Assembly: GCA_018433765.1 (NCBI GenBank)
Contig: JAHDQO010000006.1
Coordinates: 247,034-311,033 of the forward strand
Length of the DNA stretch: 64,000 bases
Reading direction: 5' to 3'
Origin: Tissierellales bacterium
GTDB taxonomy: Bacteria > Bacillota > Clostridia > Tissierellales > Sedimentibacteraceae
The position numbers and the translations under genes were made by a program. The notes below the pieces were generated by a model, which was not told the DNA's origin, searched no databases, and was given only the letters and a program-made list of their open reading frames with translations. Of the stretch, positions 20,697-30,527 are shown piece by piece. The first letter of the stretch is position 1, and each line of letters starts with the position of its first letter.

Positions 20697-21419
20697 TTAT
20701 TTCAAAAAAATATTATCTAATTCAACTTCTAACCCCTTAAATATAAAAGACTTAGCTTTTTCATTTAACTTAGATGTTGAATTATTTATAATGTCTTTTT
20801 CTTCAAATTGAAAAATTGACACTTCTTGATTTAAAGGATTTATTATCCAGTATTCTTCTATCCCGCAACACATATATATATCTAGTTTTTTTATATAATC
20901 TTTATTCCTCGTAGATTCAGATATTATTTCAACTACTAGAGAAGGTGCACCCATATAATATCCTCTTTTATCTATTTTTTCCTTTAAATCACTAATTATC
21001 ATAACATCTGGCTGTACTATATTAATATTTTCTTCATCTCTTTTTAACGTAATATCACATGGTGATGTTAACGGTATATAATCTTTATCATCAAAAAACT
21101 TAAAGAAATTTTGTAACAATTTAGTTACTGCATATTGATGTACTATTTTCGGTGGTGATAACAAATATATCTCGCCATCTATATATTCATATCGTTCTTC
21201 TGAATTCTCAATTAGTTTTATGAATTCATCATACGATATTTTATTATCAACATTAGAACATTCTTTTATTTCAGCATTTTGTTTGTTTATATCTTTGTTT
21301 GCATTGTCTATAAGCTTAGCAATTATTTTTGCATTTTTAGTAATTACTATATCTTGCTTGCTGCATAATCTCAGGTATTTTCCAAAATTATTCTGTATTT
21401 CAGTAGAGCTTACCTTCAT
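20697..21419 (-). CDS. Fusion protein: N-terminal Phd/YefM-like antitoxin domain plus C-terminal Uma2-family (DUF820, PD-(D/E)xK) putative endonuclease
   Basis: N-terminus MKVSSTEIQNNFGKYLRLCSKQDIVITKNAKIIAKLI matches the Phd/YefM pattern. From about aa 60 onward (ERYEYIDGEIYLLSPP..H...D...E.K) the sequence is Uma2-like. Confidence 0.55.
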   Translation of the reverse strand: MKVSSTEIQNNFGKYLRLCSKQDIVITKNAKIIAKLIDNANKDINKQNAEIKECSNVDNKISYDEFIKLIENSEERYEYIDGEIYLLSPPKIVHQYAVTKLLQNFFKFFDDKDYIPLTSPCDITLKRDEENINIVQPDVMIISDLKEKIDKRGYYMGAPSLVVEIISESTRNKDYIKKLDIYMCCGIEEYWIINPLNQEVSIFQFEEKDIINNSTSKLNEKAKSFIFKGLEVELDNIFLK

Positions 21420-21436
21420 GTCACCACAACTCCCTT

Positions 21437-21577
21437 TTATGATTTATTAGTTAAAAGTTTTGTAAAGAAGTTAATTATCTTTGAAAATTTAAAGATTTCT
21501 GAACCTATATATCTTGCTAATCTAAAAACAATTATTCCAACTATAATAAATAATAAAAAACTTATTGTAATTTTCAT
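21437..21577 (-). CDS. Possible 46-aa hydrophobic membrane peptide (absent from the ORF track)
   Basis: ATG preceded by GGGGTGA. Sequence MKITISFLLFIIVGIIVFRLARYIGSEIFKFSKIINFFTKLLTNKS. Lies directly upstream of the Phd-Uma2 gene. Confidence 0.25.
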   Translation of the reverse strand: MKITISFLLFIIVGIIVFRLARYIGSEIFKFSKIINFFTKLLTNKS

Positions 21578-21814
21578 ATAATATTCACCCCATAATTATC
21601 TATAAAAATTATTTTTTTGTAGTTTATTTTTACTATTATCTCATCATTCTATATTTTAGCTATTTTAGCTATTTTAGTCAAGAAACTGGAATAAAAAAAT
21701 TGAATAAATATGTGAAAATTATAAAATAACCAATGGTTAATGGAACATGTACTCGAATACCATCATATTATATACTAATATATCAAATATAATTTTAAGG
21801 AGGAAAAAAAATCA

Positions 21815-22351
21815 ATGTCAAATATTATTATAAATCCTGGTACAGATGTTAATCAATGGACATTAACTGGCGCTCCTGTTGATTATGCAATACTTGGAGC
21901 TGTTGAAGTAAAAGAAGAAAAAAACTTTATCTCAACAACATCTGCTCCAATTAGTTTTTCTGCACCTCCAGGTGAAACAATAACAGCTATATTAAATTGT
22001 ACAGCAACAATATGGCCTGGTTCTATTCAAATTGTAGATATTAGTGGAACTTTTTATGTTGAATTCAATACCACTATTTCTATCACTGTTCAATATGCTA
22101 GCGGTTTAGTTGCTTTACTGCAGCAAACTTTGGTTGCTCAAGGATTATTAGGTCCAGTTGGAACTGTAATTCCTTCAACTTCACCAATTACACCTCCTAC
22201 TGTTACTTGTGTAGGAGCAGCAATTACTGGCGGAGGAACAGGAGTACAAGGATCAATTCAAATAGGAGCATTCTTTGTTGATGTATTAGAACTTAAGAGT
22301 GTTAAAGTAGCTCTTGACCCAACTAGTCCTATAGGCCCACCATTAATTTAG
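21815..22351 (+). CDS. Hypothetical T/S/G/P/I-rich protein (178 aa)
   Basis: Strong RBS AAGGAGGAAAAAAAATCA + ATG and its own terminator at 22358-22405. Compositionally biased, with no signal peptide. Confidence 0.5.
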   Translation: MSNIIINPGTDVNQWTLTGAPVDYAILGAVEVKEEKNFISTTSAPISFSAPPGETITAILNCTATIWPGSIQIVDISGTFYVEFNTTISITVQYASGLVALLQQTLVAQGLLGPVGTVIPSTSPITPPTVTCVGAAITGGGTGVQGSIQIGAFFVDVLELKSVKVALDPTSPIGPPLI

Positions 22352-22433
22352 TGCAGATAAGGAAGTAAAATAATATAAAAGTTGTATAGGATTTATTCCT
22401 ATACAACTTTAATTTGGAAAGATGTGATTTTTA

Positions 22434-22712
22434 ATGATAAAATTATTTAAGACAATTATAAAAAAAATTTATTTAGCTGCTAAAATAATTTTCACTCAAA
22501 ACATCATAGAAACTAAGAATATCCAAGGGAATAATATTATACTTATGATACCAAGAAAAGCTGATAAACCTAATTTTATAAAATTAATATTAGATGAAAG
22601 AAAATTATTGCATGCTTCTCAATATTATATTAGAAAACCTGAGAAAAAACCTGAACCGAAAAAGTTAATAATAAAGCCTCTCAATAATGCACATCAAAAT
22701 AATCTGAGATAG
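22434..22712 (+). CDS. Hypothetical basic low-complexity protein (92 aa)
   Basis: ORF with a weak RBS; the bidirectional terminator lies at its 3' end. Confidence 0.3.
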   Translation: MIKLFKTIIKKIYLAAKIIFTQNIIETKNIQGNNIILMIPRKADKPNFIKLILDERKLLHASQYYIRKPEKKPEPKKLIIKPLNNAHQNNLR

Positions 22713-22741
22713 AGCCTTTAGGCTCTATCTTTGTTTTTCCA
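22712..22741. terminator. Bidirectional rho-independent terminator
   Basis: agatagagcc-ttt-aggctctatct flanked by T-runs, between convergent genes. Confidence 0.6.
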
Positions 22742-24629
22742 TTCTTTCTTTTAATTCTTCAAGATTTTTAAATCTTCCTTTTATCATATCCTTTTCAAGT
22801 TTTCTCTTTCCGAATGATTCAAACAATTGGTTTTTATCATATCCTTCTGGATATAAATCTTTTGCTTTCATTAACAATTTTAATCTTCTTCTATGAATTT
22901 TAAAATATTCATAATCTTTAGATACCGTAACATTTCCTAATTCATCTGCATCTTCATAAACAACTGCTTTCTCATTATTGTCTAAGCATAATACAAGGTC
23001 ACCTTGATAAAGCTTTGAATATTTCTTCTGCTCTTTTTCAGATTTCTGCTTTTTCTTCTTATAATCAATATTTTCTACTTTATAATTCCCGTTTGTTTTT
23101 TCATATCCTAAAAGCTCTTCTGTTCTTTTTAAAACAGTTTTCTTTAAGCCCAGCTTTTCAGATATCCATAAAGCATTGCTCTCCCCAGCATCACCAATTT
23201 TAAGAATATAATATGGTTCCAATGTTTCAGAGTTAAAAAGCATTTTTGCGTTTTCAAAGCCATCAACATTTTCTGCAAATTCTTTAAGTTTACCGTAGTG
23301 AGTAGTTACAACAGTAATTGAACCTGATTTATATAAGTCTTCCAAGATAGATGCTCCTAAAGCAGCTCCTTCTTTAGGATCAGTACCTGTTCCTATTTCA
23401 TCTAGTAATATAAGTGAACCCGGTTTTGCTTTGTTTGTTATATAAACTAAATTCTTCATATGTGCAGAAAAAGTACTTAAAGAATTTTTAAGATTTTGTT
23501 CATCACCTATGTCGACAAATAAATCATTAAATACAGAAAATTCAGTACCCTTAGAAGCAGGTATATGAAGTCCTGATTGAATCATGAGCATAAACAGCCC
23601 TATAGTTTTTAGTACAACAGTTTTTCCACCCGTATTAGGTCCTGTTATTAGTAAGGTTCTATATTTTTCTCCTATAGAAAACTCCAAAGGAACTGCTTTT
23701 TCACCTAACAAAGGATGTCTGCCTTTTTTTATAACAATCTTATCCTGCTGAATCAATTTAGGTTCTATCCCCCCAATTTCTAAGCTGTACTTACCTTTTG
23801 CAAATGCAAAATCGTATTCTGACATCACTTCTACATTTCTAATTAAGCCTTCTTCATACATTTGAACAAATCCAGTTAAGCTTGATAGAATTTGATAAAT
23901 TTCCTCATCAATTTCATTATTTATCCTATCTAACTCTATAGTCAATTTTTCTATGCTTTTAGGTTCTATAAATACTGTTACTCCTGTAGAACTTTTCTCT
24001 ATTACTTTACCTTCTATCTTATTTTTATATGCAGATTTTACAGGAACAACAAATCTATTATTTCTTTTACTTACAAAGCTTTCTTGTAGGTAATTTTTAT
24101 AAGCTGGGCTCCTTACTAAATTATTCAGTCTTTTTTCAATATTTTCTTCTGCAATAATTTTTTGCTTATATAATTTATTAAGCTTACTTGTTGCATCCTT
24201 TCTTACTCCACTGCCAACAATCATATCGTTAATTTCATTTTCAAGATCTTTAAAATCTTCTATAACTAATGAATAAGAATATAACACTGGTGCTGAAAAT
24301 TCAAACTTACTCATATGTGTTTTAACAGCTCTACATCCTCTTAAAAAATCTGCTATCTGCAGTAGTTCAGCAGGTTTCAAAACTATTCCTTTATTGCATT
24401 TCTCGATATATTCATCAATAGAGGCTAATCCATACATAGGTACTCCTGAACCTTGTTTTAATATATTAACAGCTTCAGTTGTTTTTTCTAGCCTTTGCTT
24501 GACCACTTTATATTGAGTTTCTGGATAGAGTTTTTCTATCATTTTTTTACCTAATTCACTTAATGCGTATGATTTTAATTCATTTTTTATTTCAAAATAA
24601 TTTAATTTCTCCAAAGTCTTATTGTCCAT
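22725..24629 (-). CDS. MutS2-family ATPase lacking a C-terminal Smr domain
   Basis: MutS2-like N-terminal region. ABC ATPase motifs LLITGPNTGGKTVVLKTIG and LILLDEIGTGTDPKEGAAL. The C-terminus after the ATPase is about 130 aa and has no recognisable Smr motif. Confidence 0.75.
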   Translation of the reverse strand: MDNKTLEKLNYFEIKNELKSYALSELGKKMIEKLYPETQYKVVKQRLEKTTEAVNILKQGSGVPMYGLASIDEYIEKCNKGIVLKPAELLQIADFLRGCRAVKTHMSKFEFSAPVLYSYSLVIEDFKDLENEINDMIVGSGVRKDATSKLNKLYKQKIIAEENIEKRLNNLVRSPAYKNYLQESFVSKRNNRFVVPVKSAYKNKIEGKVIEKSSTGVTVFIEPKSIEKLTIELDRINNEIDEEIYQILSSLTGFVQMYEEGLIRNVEVMSEYDFAFAKGKYSLEIGGIEPKLIQQDKIVIKKGRHPLLGEKAVPLEFSIGEKYRTLLITGPNTGGKTVVLKTIGLFMLMIQSGLHIPASKGTEFSVFNDLFVDIGDEQNLKNSLSTFSAHMKNLVYITNKAKPGSLILLDEIGTGTDPKEGAALGASILEDLYKSGSITVVTTHYGKLKEFAENVDGFENAKMLFNSETLEPYYILKIGDAGESNALWISEKLGLKKTVLKRTEELLGYEKTNGNYKVENIDYKKKKQKSEKEQKKYSKLYQGDLVLCLDNNEKAVVYEDADELGNVTVSKDYEYFKIHRRRLKLLMKAKDLYPEGYDKNQLFESFGKRKLEKDMIKGRFKNLEELKERMEKQR

Positions 24630-25053
24630 TTTGCCCTCCCAATTTATATAGTTGATATTTGATATTTAATAATTGAAAATTAATTGAAGCTTTACAATAG
24701 TAAAACAACCATATTACTCATTTCTTGTTACTAGTTTCTCTTTTACAGAGGTAAGAAGACGTCCATAATGAACGTTTTTGGACAATATAAAAGCTGCAGA
24801 AGTCTGCAGCAAAATATAACTAAATTTATAAATATATAAATTACGTATTTATGAACGACTTCTTCAATTGCACACTAAAATAGTTTTTTATATCTTAAAA
24901 AAACTAAACATGCTAAATTTTAATTTTATTATTGAAGAGTAACTTCGCTCACAAACACACCTCGTTTTCTTATTAATTTATTAATATAATAATAAAATAA
25001 AACATTATATTTGTCAATAGCTTCCTGTTTTTATATAACAGAAAGCTATTTTT

Positions 25054-25254
25054 TTACCGTACATTATTTTTTATTTCGTCTATTAAGTCTAATTCGCATT
25101 TGTTATTTTTAGTGAAGTGAGTACACGTTGAACAGCTCCTGTTAGCTGATGTTATACTTGACTGAAAAGTTCCTCCGTCATATCTGTTTTCATAACTGCT
25201 ACATCTATTAGCTATCTTTCTCAATTTCTTTTCTTTCAAAAAAACACCTCCCAT
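25054..25254 (-). CDS. Small Cys-containing protein (66 aa), possibly DUF1540-like
   Basis: Cys pattern C-x22-CxxC-x8-C. Last gene after rimI, followed by a hairpin and T-run at 25022-25060. Confidence 0.35.
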   Translation of the reverse strand: MGGVFLKEKKLRKIANRCSSYENRYDGGTFQSSITSANRSCSTCTHFTKNNKCELDLIDEIKNNVR

Positions 25255-25327
25255 AAAATATTGCGTTTGTATTAGTATTTCACGAGAAGATATTTTTATA
25301 CAAAATTTCCAATTCTTTTCTATAATG

Positions 25328-25768
25328 CTAAATCTCTATCCACATAATCTCTGCATTTTCGGTAGGTTTTGTGTAATAACTTTTTCTTATTCCAGCAGTC
25401 TCAAACCCGATTTTCTTATATAATTCTTTGGCAGCAATATTTGATTCTCTAACTTCAAGAGTTATTTTATCAATATTGTTATTTTTACAATATTTAAGTA
25501 AGTTTTTTATAAGTTTTTCTCCAAATCCTTTTTTCCTATACTGCGGTATAACTGCAATATTAGTTATATGCCCTTCATCAAGTATTTTCCATAAACCAGC
25601 ATAACCTATAACTTTTTTATTAATTTCTATACAGTTGTAATGAGTACTTTGATGTCTAATTTCTGCTTTAAATGATTCTTTTGACCAAGGAACAGAAAAA
25701 CATGCCTCTTCTATTTCAATTATATCATTTAAATCATCAATAAGCAGTTCCCTAATAGTAATATCCAT
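25328..25768 (-). CDS. rimI: Ribosomal-protein-alanine N-acetyltransferase (GNAT)
   Basis: GNAT fold motifs, in the tsaE-tsaB-rimI gene order. Confidence 0.8.
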   Translation of the reverse strand: MDITIRELLIDDLNDIIEIEEACFSVPWSKESFKAEIRHQSTHYNCIEINKKVIGYAGLWKILDEGHITNIAVIPQYRKKGFGEKLIKNLLKYCKNNNIDKITLEVRESNIAAKELYKKIGFETAGIRKSYYTKPTENAEIMWIEI

Positions 25769-25866
25769 TATTCAAATAATCCCTTTCACTCTCAAGCTAT
25801 AAATTTTTTATTTTTTATTTTTTTCAATTTTGCATTTTGAATTTCGCATCTTAAATTTATTTAAAT

Positions 25867-26556
25867 TTATGTAAGGTTTCTTTCAGCTTGAGACTTTCTC
25901 AAATATTCTGGAGCAAAATCAAAGGCTGTTTGAGTTTTTCCTTCATTAGCTAAAATATATCCTAACTGTGCAGTTGAAGCAGCCCTTGGCATATTATTAT
26001 ATGGAAGTACAAATGAAACTCTATCACCTAAATGCTCTTCTAATATATTTTTATGAACCTCAGCACCATCACCACTTAGAATTATATTTTTATCTAATTT
26101 TTTTAGTCTTTCTATTAATTTATCTATATCAGATGCAAATTGATCCTCAACAGTTATAAATTTCCTACCTTGCCACTTATATATACCAGAATAAATCCTT
26201 CCACCTCTTGCATCAAGTATTGGTACAATATAATCATTTGTCATAGTTATATTAAAGGCAAGTGCATCAATAGTTGGAACTCCTACAACAGGAATTTTGC
26301 AAGCATGTGCAAGGCTTTTACCTATTGCTGCTCCAATTCTAAGACCTGTATATGACCCAGGACCTTTAGATATAGCTATAATGTCTACATCTTCAATTTT
26401 AATTTCCGTATCATTTAATAACCTTTCTATAAGAGGCATCAATTTTTCAGAGTGTGTTTTTTTATGACTTTGAGAATATTCTCCAATTAATTTTTTATCA
26501 TCAACTAACGCACATGAAGCTGTTATAGTTGCTGATTCAATCCCTAATACTATCAT
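25867..26556 (-). CDS. tsaB: tRNA threonylcarbamoyladenosine biosynthesis protein TsaB
   Basis: YeaZ/TsaB family similarity; overlaps tsaE. Confidence 0.85.
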   Translation of the reverse strand: MIVLGIESATITASCALVDDKKLIGEYSQSHKKTHSEKLMPLIERLLNDTEIKIEDVDIIAISKGPGSYTGLRIGAAIGKSLAHACKIPVVGVPTIDALAFNITMTNDYIVPILDARGGRIYSGIYKWQGRKFITVEDQFASDIDKLIERLKKLDKNIILSGDGAEVHKNILEEHLGDRVSFVLPYNNMPRAASTAQLGYILANEGKTQTAFDFAPEYLRKSQAERNLT

Positions 26557-27037
26557 ATTTTTTAAGCTCCTTTATCACTTTTTCATATAATCTGCCTACT
26601 CCATCTATATATAATATACGTTTATTTTCTTCACCATTATCTCTCAACATTTTAATATCAATTCTGTTTTGTGGAAGAATATCTTTTATATTTGCGGACC
26701 ATTCGATAACGCATACTCCATCAGAATAAATATATTCTTCATATCCCAAATCTATCATTTCTTCTATATCATTTATTCTATATACATCCATATGAAATAA
26801 TTTCAGTTTTCCTTCATATTCCTTTATAATATTAAAAGTAGGACTTGTTACATAACCATTTATTTCAAGGCCTTTAGCTATTGATTGAGTTATAGTAGTT
26901 TTTCCTGCTCCCAAATCTCCATCTAAGCATATCACAGCACCCTTTTCTATATTCCTTCCTATTATACACCCAATATCATTTGTGTCTTTTAAATTACGTG
27001 CAGTTATTTTTAACATTTCAGCATACATTCCCTTCAA
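26537..27037 (-). CDS. tsaE: tRNA threonylcarbamoyladenosine biosynthesis ATPase TsaE
   Basis: YjeE family P-loop motif GDLGAGKTT. Confidence 0.85.
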   Translation of the reverse strand: MKGMYAEMLKITARNLKDTNDIGCIIGRNIEKGAVICLDGDLGAGKTTITQSIAKGLEINGYVTSPTFNIIKEYEGKLKLFHMDVYRINDIEEMIDLGYEEYIYSDGVCVIEWSANIKDILPQNRIDIKMLRDNGEENKRILYIDGVGRLYEKVIKELKKYDSIRD

Positions 27038-27320
27038 TTAGCTTTACTTTATGTAAGTAAAGAATACATTACTATTATTTGTTTGAAATTAGCTATATTA
27101 TAACTTTATTTAAATGAAAATATCAAGTATTTTGATAATAAAACTTGAAATACTGTATTTACTGTAATAATAGGATATGTTAAAATGTTGTAATAATTAT
27201 AACGACTAAGGAATAAGTAGAAACATGGTAAATTTACGAATAAAATGAGTAAATCAACATTGTTACTCGTTATTCGTTACTAATTACTCACATAAAGAGT
27301 GGAGGTAAAAATACTAATAA

Positions 27321-28454
27321 ATGAATACTGACAGAAAATCATATATAAATAATACTAAAAAAATTGTTGTAAAAATCGGAACTTCTTCAATAACTCATGC
27401 ATCAGGTTTATTGGATTTAAATAGAATGGAAAATATAGTAAGGCAGCTTTCAAATCTTCATAACAAAGGCTATGACGTAGTTTTAGTTTCTTCTGGAGCA
27501 ATCGGAGCAGGTATGGGGAAATTAGGACTTAATCAAAAACCAAATACAATACCTGAAAAACAAGCTGCTGCTGCTGTAGGTCAGGGTATTCTAGTTCATA
27601 TGTACGAAAAACTTTTTTCAGAATACGGTAAAACAGTAGCTCAAATACTACTAACAAAAGAAGATACAGCAAATCGTTCAAGATTTTTGAATGCAAGAAA
27701 CACTTTTTTCACTCTTTTTAATCAGAACGTAATACCTATAATAAATGAAAATGATGCAATAGTTATAGATGAAATTAAATTTGGTGATAATGATACATTA
27801 TCAGCATTAGTAACAAATTTAATTGATGCAGACTTGTTAATTCTTCTTTCTGATATTGATGGATTATACAGCAGTAATCCAAGAACTAATATAGATGCTA
27901 AATTAATTAGTACTGTAGATAAAATAACTAATGATATTAAAAATATTGCAGGTGATGCAGGAACAAAATTTGGAACAGGCGGCATGTCAACAAAGATTGA
28001 AGCAGCAGAAATTGCAATGTCTTCCGGAGCTTCTATGATTATAGTAAATGGTTCTACACCAAATATTATAAATAGAATAATAGAAGGGGAAAACCTCGGT
28101 ACATTTTTTAAAGCAAATAATAATCTTCAACACGCTAGAAAAAGATGGATAGCATATAATACCAGCCTAAAAGGTAATATAATAATTGACGATGGAGCAA
28201 AAGATGCAGTGACTAATCACCATAAAAGCCTGCTTCCAGCAGGTATAAAATCTATAAGCGGTTCTTTTAACAAAGGAGATGTTGTTAGTATTATAGATAT
28301 AGATAACAACGAAATTGCTAGAGGAATAACAAACTATAACTGTAAAGATTTAGACTTGATTAAAGGTATAAACTCTTCAGAAATAGTTAACAAATTAGGA
28401 TACAAAAACTACGATGTTGTAATACATATAAACAATTTAGTAATACTAAAATAA
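27321..28454 (+). CDS. proB: Glutamate 5-kinase (with C-terminal PUA domain)
   Basis: Amino-acid kinase family plus a PUA domain, along the full length. Confidence 0.9.
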   Translation: MNTDRKSYINNTKKIVVKIGTSSITHASGLLDLNRMENIVRQLSNLHNKGYDVVLVSSGAIGAGMGKLGLNQKPNTIPEKQAAAAVGQGILVHMYEKLFSEYGKTVAQILLTKEDTANRSRFLNARNTFFTLFNQNVIPIINENDAIVIDEIKFGDNDTLSALVTNLIDADLLILLSDIDGLYSSNPRTNIDAKLISTVDKITNDIKNIAGDAGTKFGTGGMSTKIEAAEIAMSSGASMIIVNGSTPNIINRIIEGENLGTFFKANNNLQHARKRWIAYNTSLKGNIIIDDGAKDAVTNHHKSLLPAGIKSISGSFNKGDVVSIIDIDNNEIARGITNYNCKDLDLIKGINSSEIVNKLGYKNYDVVIHINNLVILK

Positions 28455-28750
28455 CATTAGAACAATTGATAGTTGACATTTAATAGTTGATAGTTAATGG
28501 AAACTTTACTAACGTAAAGTATAAAAAACGAGAAACTAATAAGTAGAAACTATAAACATATTTTACCAATGTAATACAGAATATATTTATATGGAGAATG
28601 AAAAATGAATGAGAGTTTAATTTTGTAAAACAAAAGGAATAAATTTTAGTAATGAAATTTATAACATTAATTATTAACTATACACTATTAACTATTAACT
28701 GTATTTTAGTTACTCCTTACTCGTTATTCATTACTCGTTTATTAAGAAAG
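28455..28750. repeat. Repeat-family modules filling the proB-proA spacer
   Basis: Contains a (TTGATAG)n tract, the ctttactaacgtaaag hairpin, and (TTACTCG)n-like heptamers at 28690-28745. Confidence 0.6.
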
Positions 28751-28761
28751 GAATGTTTTTT

Positions 28762-30018
28762 ATGGATATAAAACAGTATGTAATTGATAAGGCTAGTTTA
28801 GCAAGAGCTGCTGCGCGTAAGATGTCTATTATAGATACAAATACAAAAAATAGAGCATTAAATGCTATGGCAGAAGCACTAATTAAAAATCAAGATATTA
28901 TTATATCTGCTAACTCAAAAGATATGGAAAATGGAAAGAAAAACGGCACATCAGAAGCAATGCTTGATAGATTGCTGCTTAATGAAAAAAGAATAAAAGA
29001 AATTTCCAATTCATTAAAAGATGTAGCACTTTTAAAAGATCCTATTGGTAAAGTAGATAGAATGTGGAAAATTGAGAATGGTCTTCAAATTGGTCAAATC
29101 AAAGTACCTCTTGGTGTAATAGGTATGATTTACGAATCAAGACCAAATGTAACAGTTGATGCTGCTGCTCTTTGTATAAAATCAGGAAACTGTGTAATTC
29201 TTAGAGGAGGTTCTGATGCTATCAACTCCAATATAGCTTTATCTAATATTATAACAGAAGCAGCCATTAGTTCTGGTCTTCCTAAAGGTTGTATTCAATT
29301 ACTAGAAGTTACTGATAGAGAAGCTGTAAATGTAATGATGAAACTTAATAGGTATATTGATGTACTAATACCAAGAGGTGGAGCAAGTCTCATAAACAAT
29401 GTTGTTAAAAATGCATCTGTACCTGTTATACAAACAGGCGTAGGTAATTGTCATATATTCGTTGATGAAAGTGCTGATTTTAAAATAGCTAAAGATATAA
29501 TAATAAACGCTAAAGTACAAAGGCCAGGAGTCTGCAATGCTCTTGAAACTTTACTCATACATGAATCTATATCTGAAAAATTTTTACCAGAACTAAAAAA
29601 AGTTCTTGATGATAACAAAGTTAAAATCAAAGGCTGTATTAAAACTAAAAATATCTTACCAAATATAGAATTAGCAAGTGAAGATGATTGGAAAAACGAA
29701 TATCTTGACTTAATACTAGCAGTTAAAATAGTTAGTTCAATAGATGAAAGCATTGATCACATATATAAATACGGAACTAAACATTCAGAAGCTATAATAA
29801 CTAACGATTACAATAACTCGCAAAAATTTCTAAATGAAGTTGATGCAGCAGCAGTATATGTAAATGCTTCTACAAGATTTACTGATGGAAGTCAATTTGG
29901 ATTTGGTGCAGAAATAGGAATTAGCACTCAAAAACTGCATGCAAGAGGTCCTATGGCACTTGAAAACTTAACAACAATAAAGTCAATCATCTATGGTCAA
30001 GGACAAATTAGAAAATAA
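28762..30018 (+). CDS. proA: Gamma-glutamyl phosphate reductase
   Basis: Aldehyde dehydrogenase superfamily with a ProA-like sequence. Start is taken at MDIKQY; an alternative ATG lies at 28753. Confidence 0.9.
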   Translation: MDIKQYVIDKASLARAAARKMSIIDTNTKNRALNAMAEALIKNQDIIISANSKDMENGKKNGTSEAMLDRLLLNEKRIKEISNSLKDVALLKDPIGKVDRMWKIENGLQIGQIKVPLGVIGMIYESRPNVTVDAAALCIKSGNCVILRGGSDAINSNIALSNIITEAAISSGLPKGCIQLLEVTDREAVNVMMKLNRYIDVLIPRGGASLINNVVKNASVPVIQTGVGNCHIFVDESADFKIAKDIIINAKVQRPGVCNALETLLIHESISEKFLPELKKVLDDNKVKIKGCIKTKNILPNIELASEDDWKNEYLDLILAVKIVSSIDESIDHIYKYGTKHSEAIITNDYNNSQKFLNEVDAAAVYVNASTRFTDGSQFGFGAEIGISTQKLHARGPMALENLTTIKSIIYGQGQIRK

Positions 30019-30039
30019 TTCTATTGACAAATGTTTTTT

Positions 30040-30390
30040 ATTGCTTTATAATATGTTTCATAAAATCATTGATGGAAAGTAGTAGGAATAAATTAATGTT
30101 ATAGAGAGTTAGGTGTGATGGAAACCTGATACAATAATCGTTCCGAATGGATTCCTAAGATGCAAGGTGAAATGCAAAGAGTAGCTGGTGCCGTATTTCT
30201 CACGTTATAGAGATAGGATATCAAACTAAAAGTTTCGTATCTGAAAAAGATAAACATTAAGGTGGCATAACGATAACTTCGTCCTTATTTTAGGAAGAAG
30301 TTTTTTTATATACTAAAATGTTTGAAATTGGGTGGCACCACGAAAGTATAGCTTCTCGTCCCATATGGATGAGAAGTTTTTTTGATTTTT
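30040..30390 (+). promoter_or_regulatory. T-box riboswitch leader with two successive T-box-like/terminator modules
   Basis: Stem I region with AGAGA (30103) and a UGG-A candidate specifier (30148-30151). T-box-like AAGGTGGCATAACG plus hairpin and U7 at 30257-30310. Consensus T-box AATTGGGTGGCACCACG at 30326-30343 plus a strong terminator and U7 at 30351-30387. Confidence 0.7.
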
Positions 30391-30527
30391 TGGAAAGGGA
30401 GTGTTTATTGAATTGAGAATAGTTAAATAATAATAGAGAAACTAAAAAGAAGATAAAAATATCAAAAAAGTTAGAAAGTTGGCTAGTTGGTAAAAAATAA
30501 AGATGAAAAAACAAAGGAGTTAGAGAA

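Noticed and set aside
30290-30514. 74-aa ORF on the minus strand
   Set aside because: It overlaps the T-box leader and terminators of trpB and is antisense to structured RNA. It is low-complexity with no RBS.
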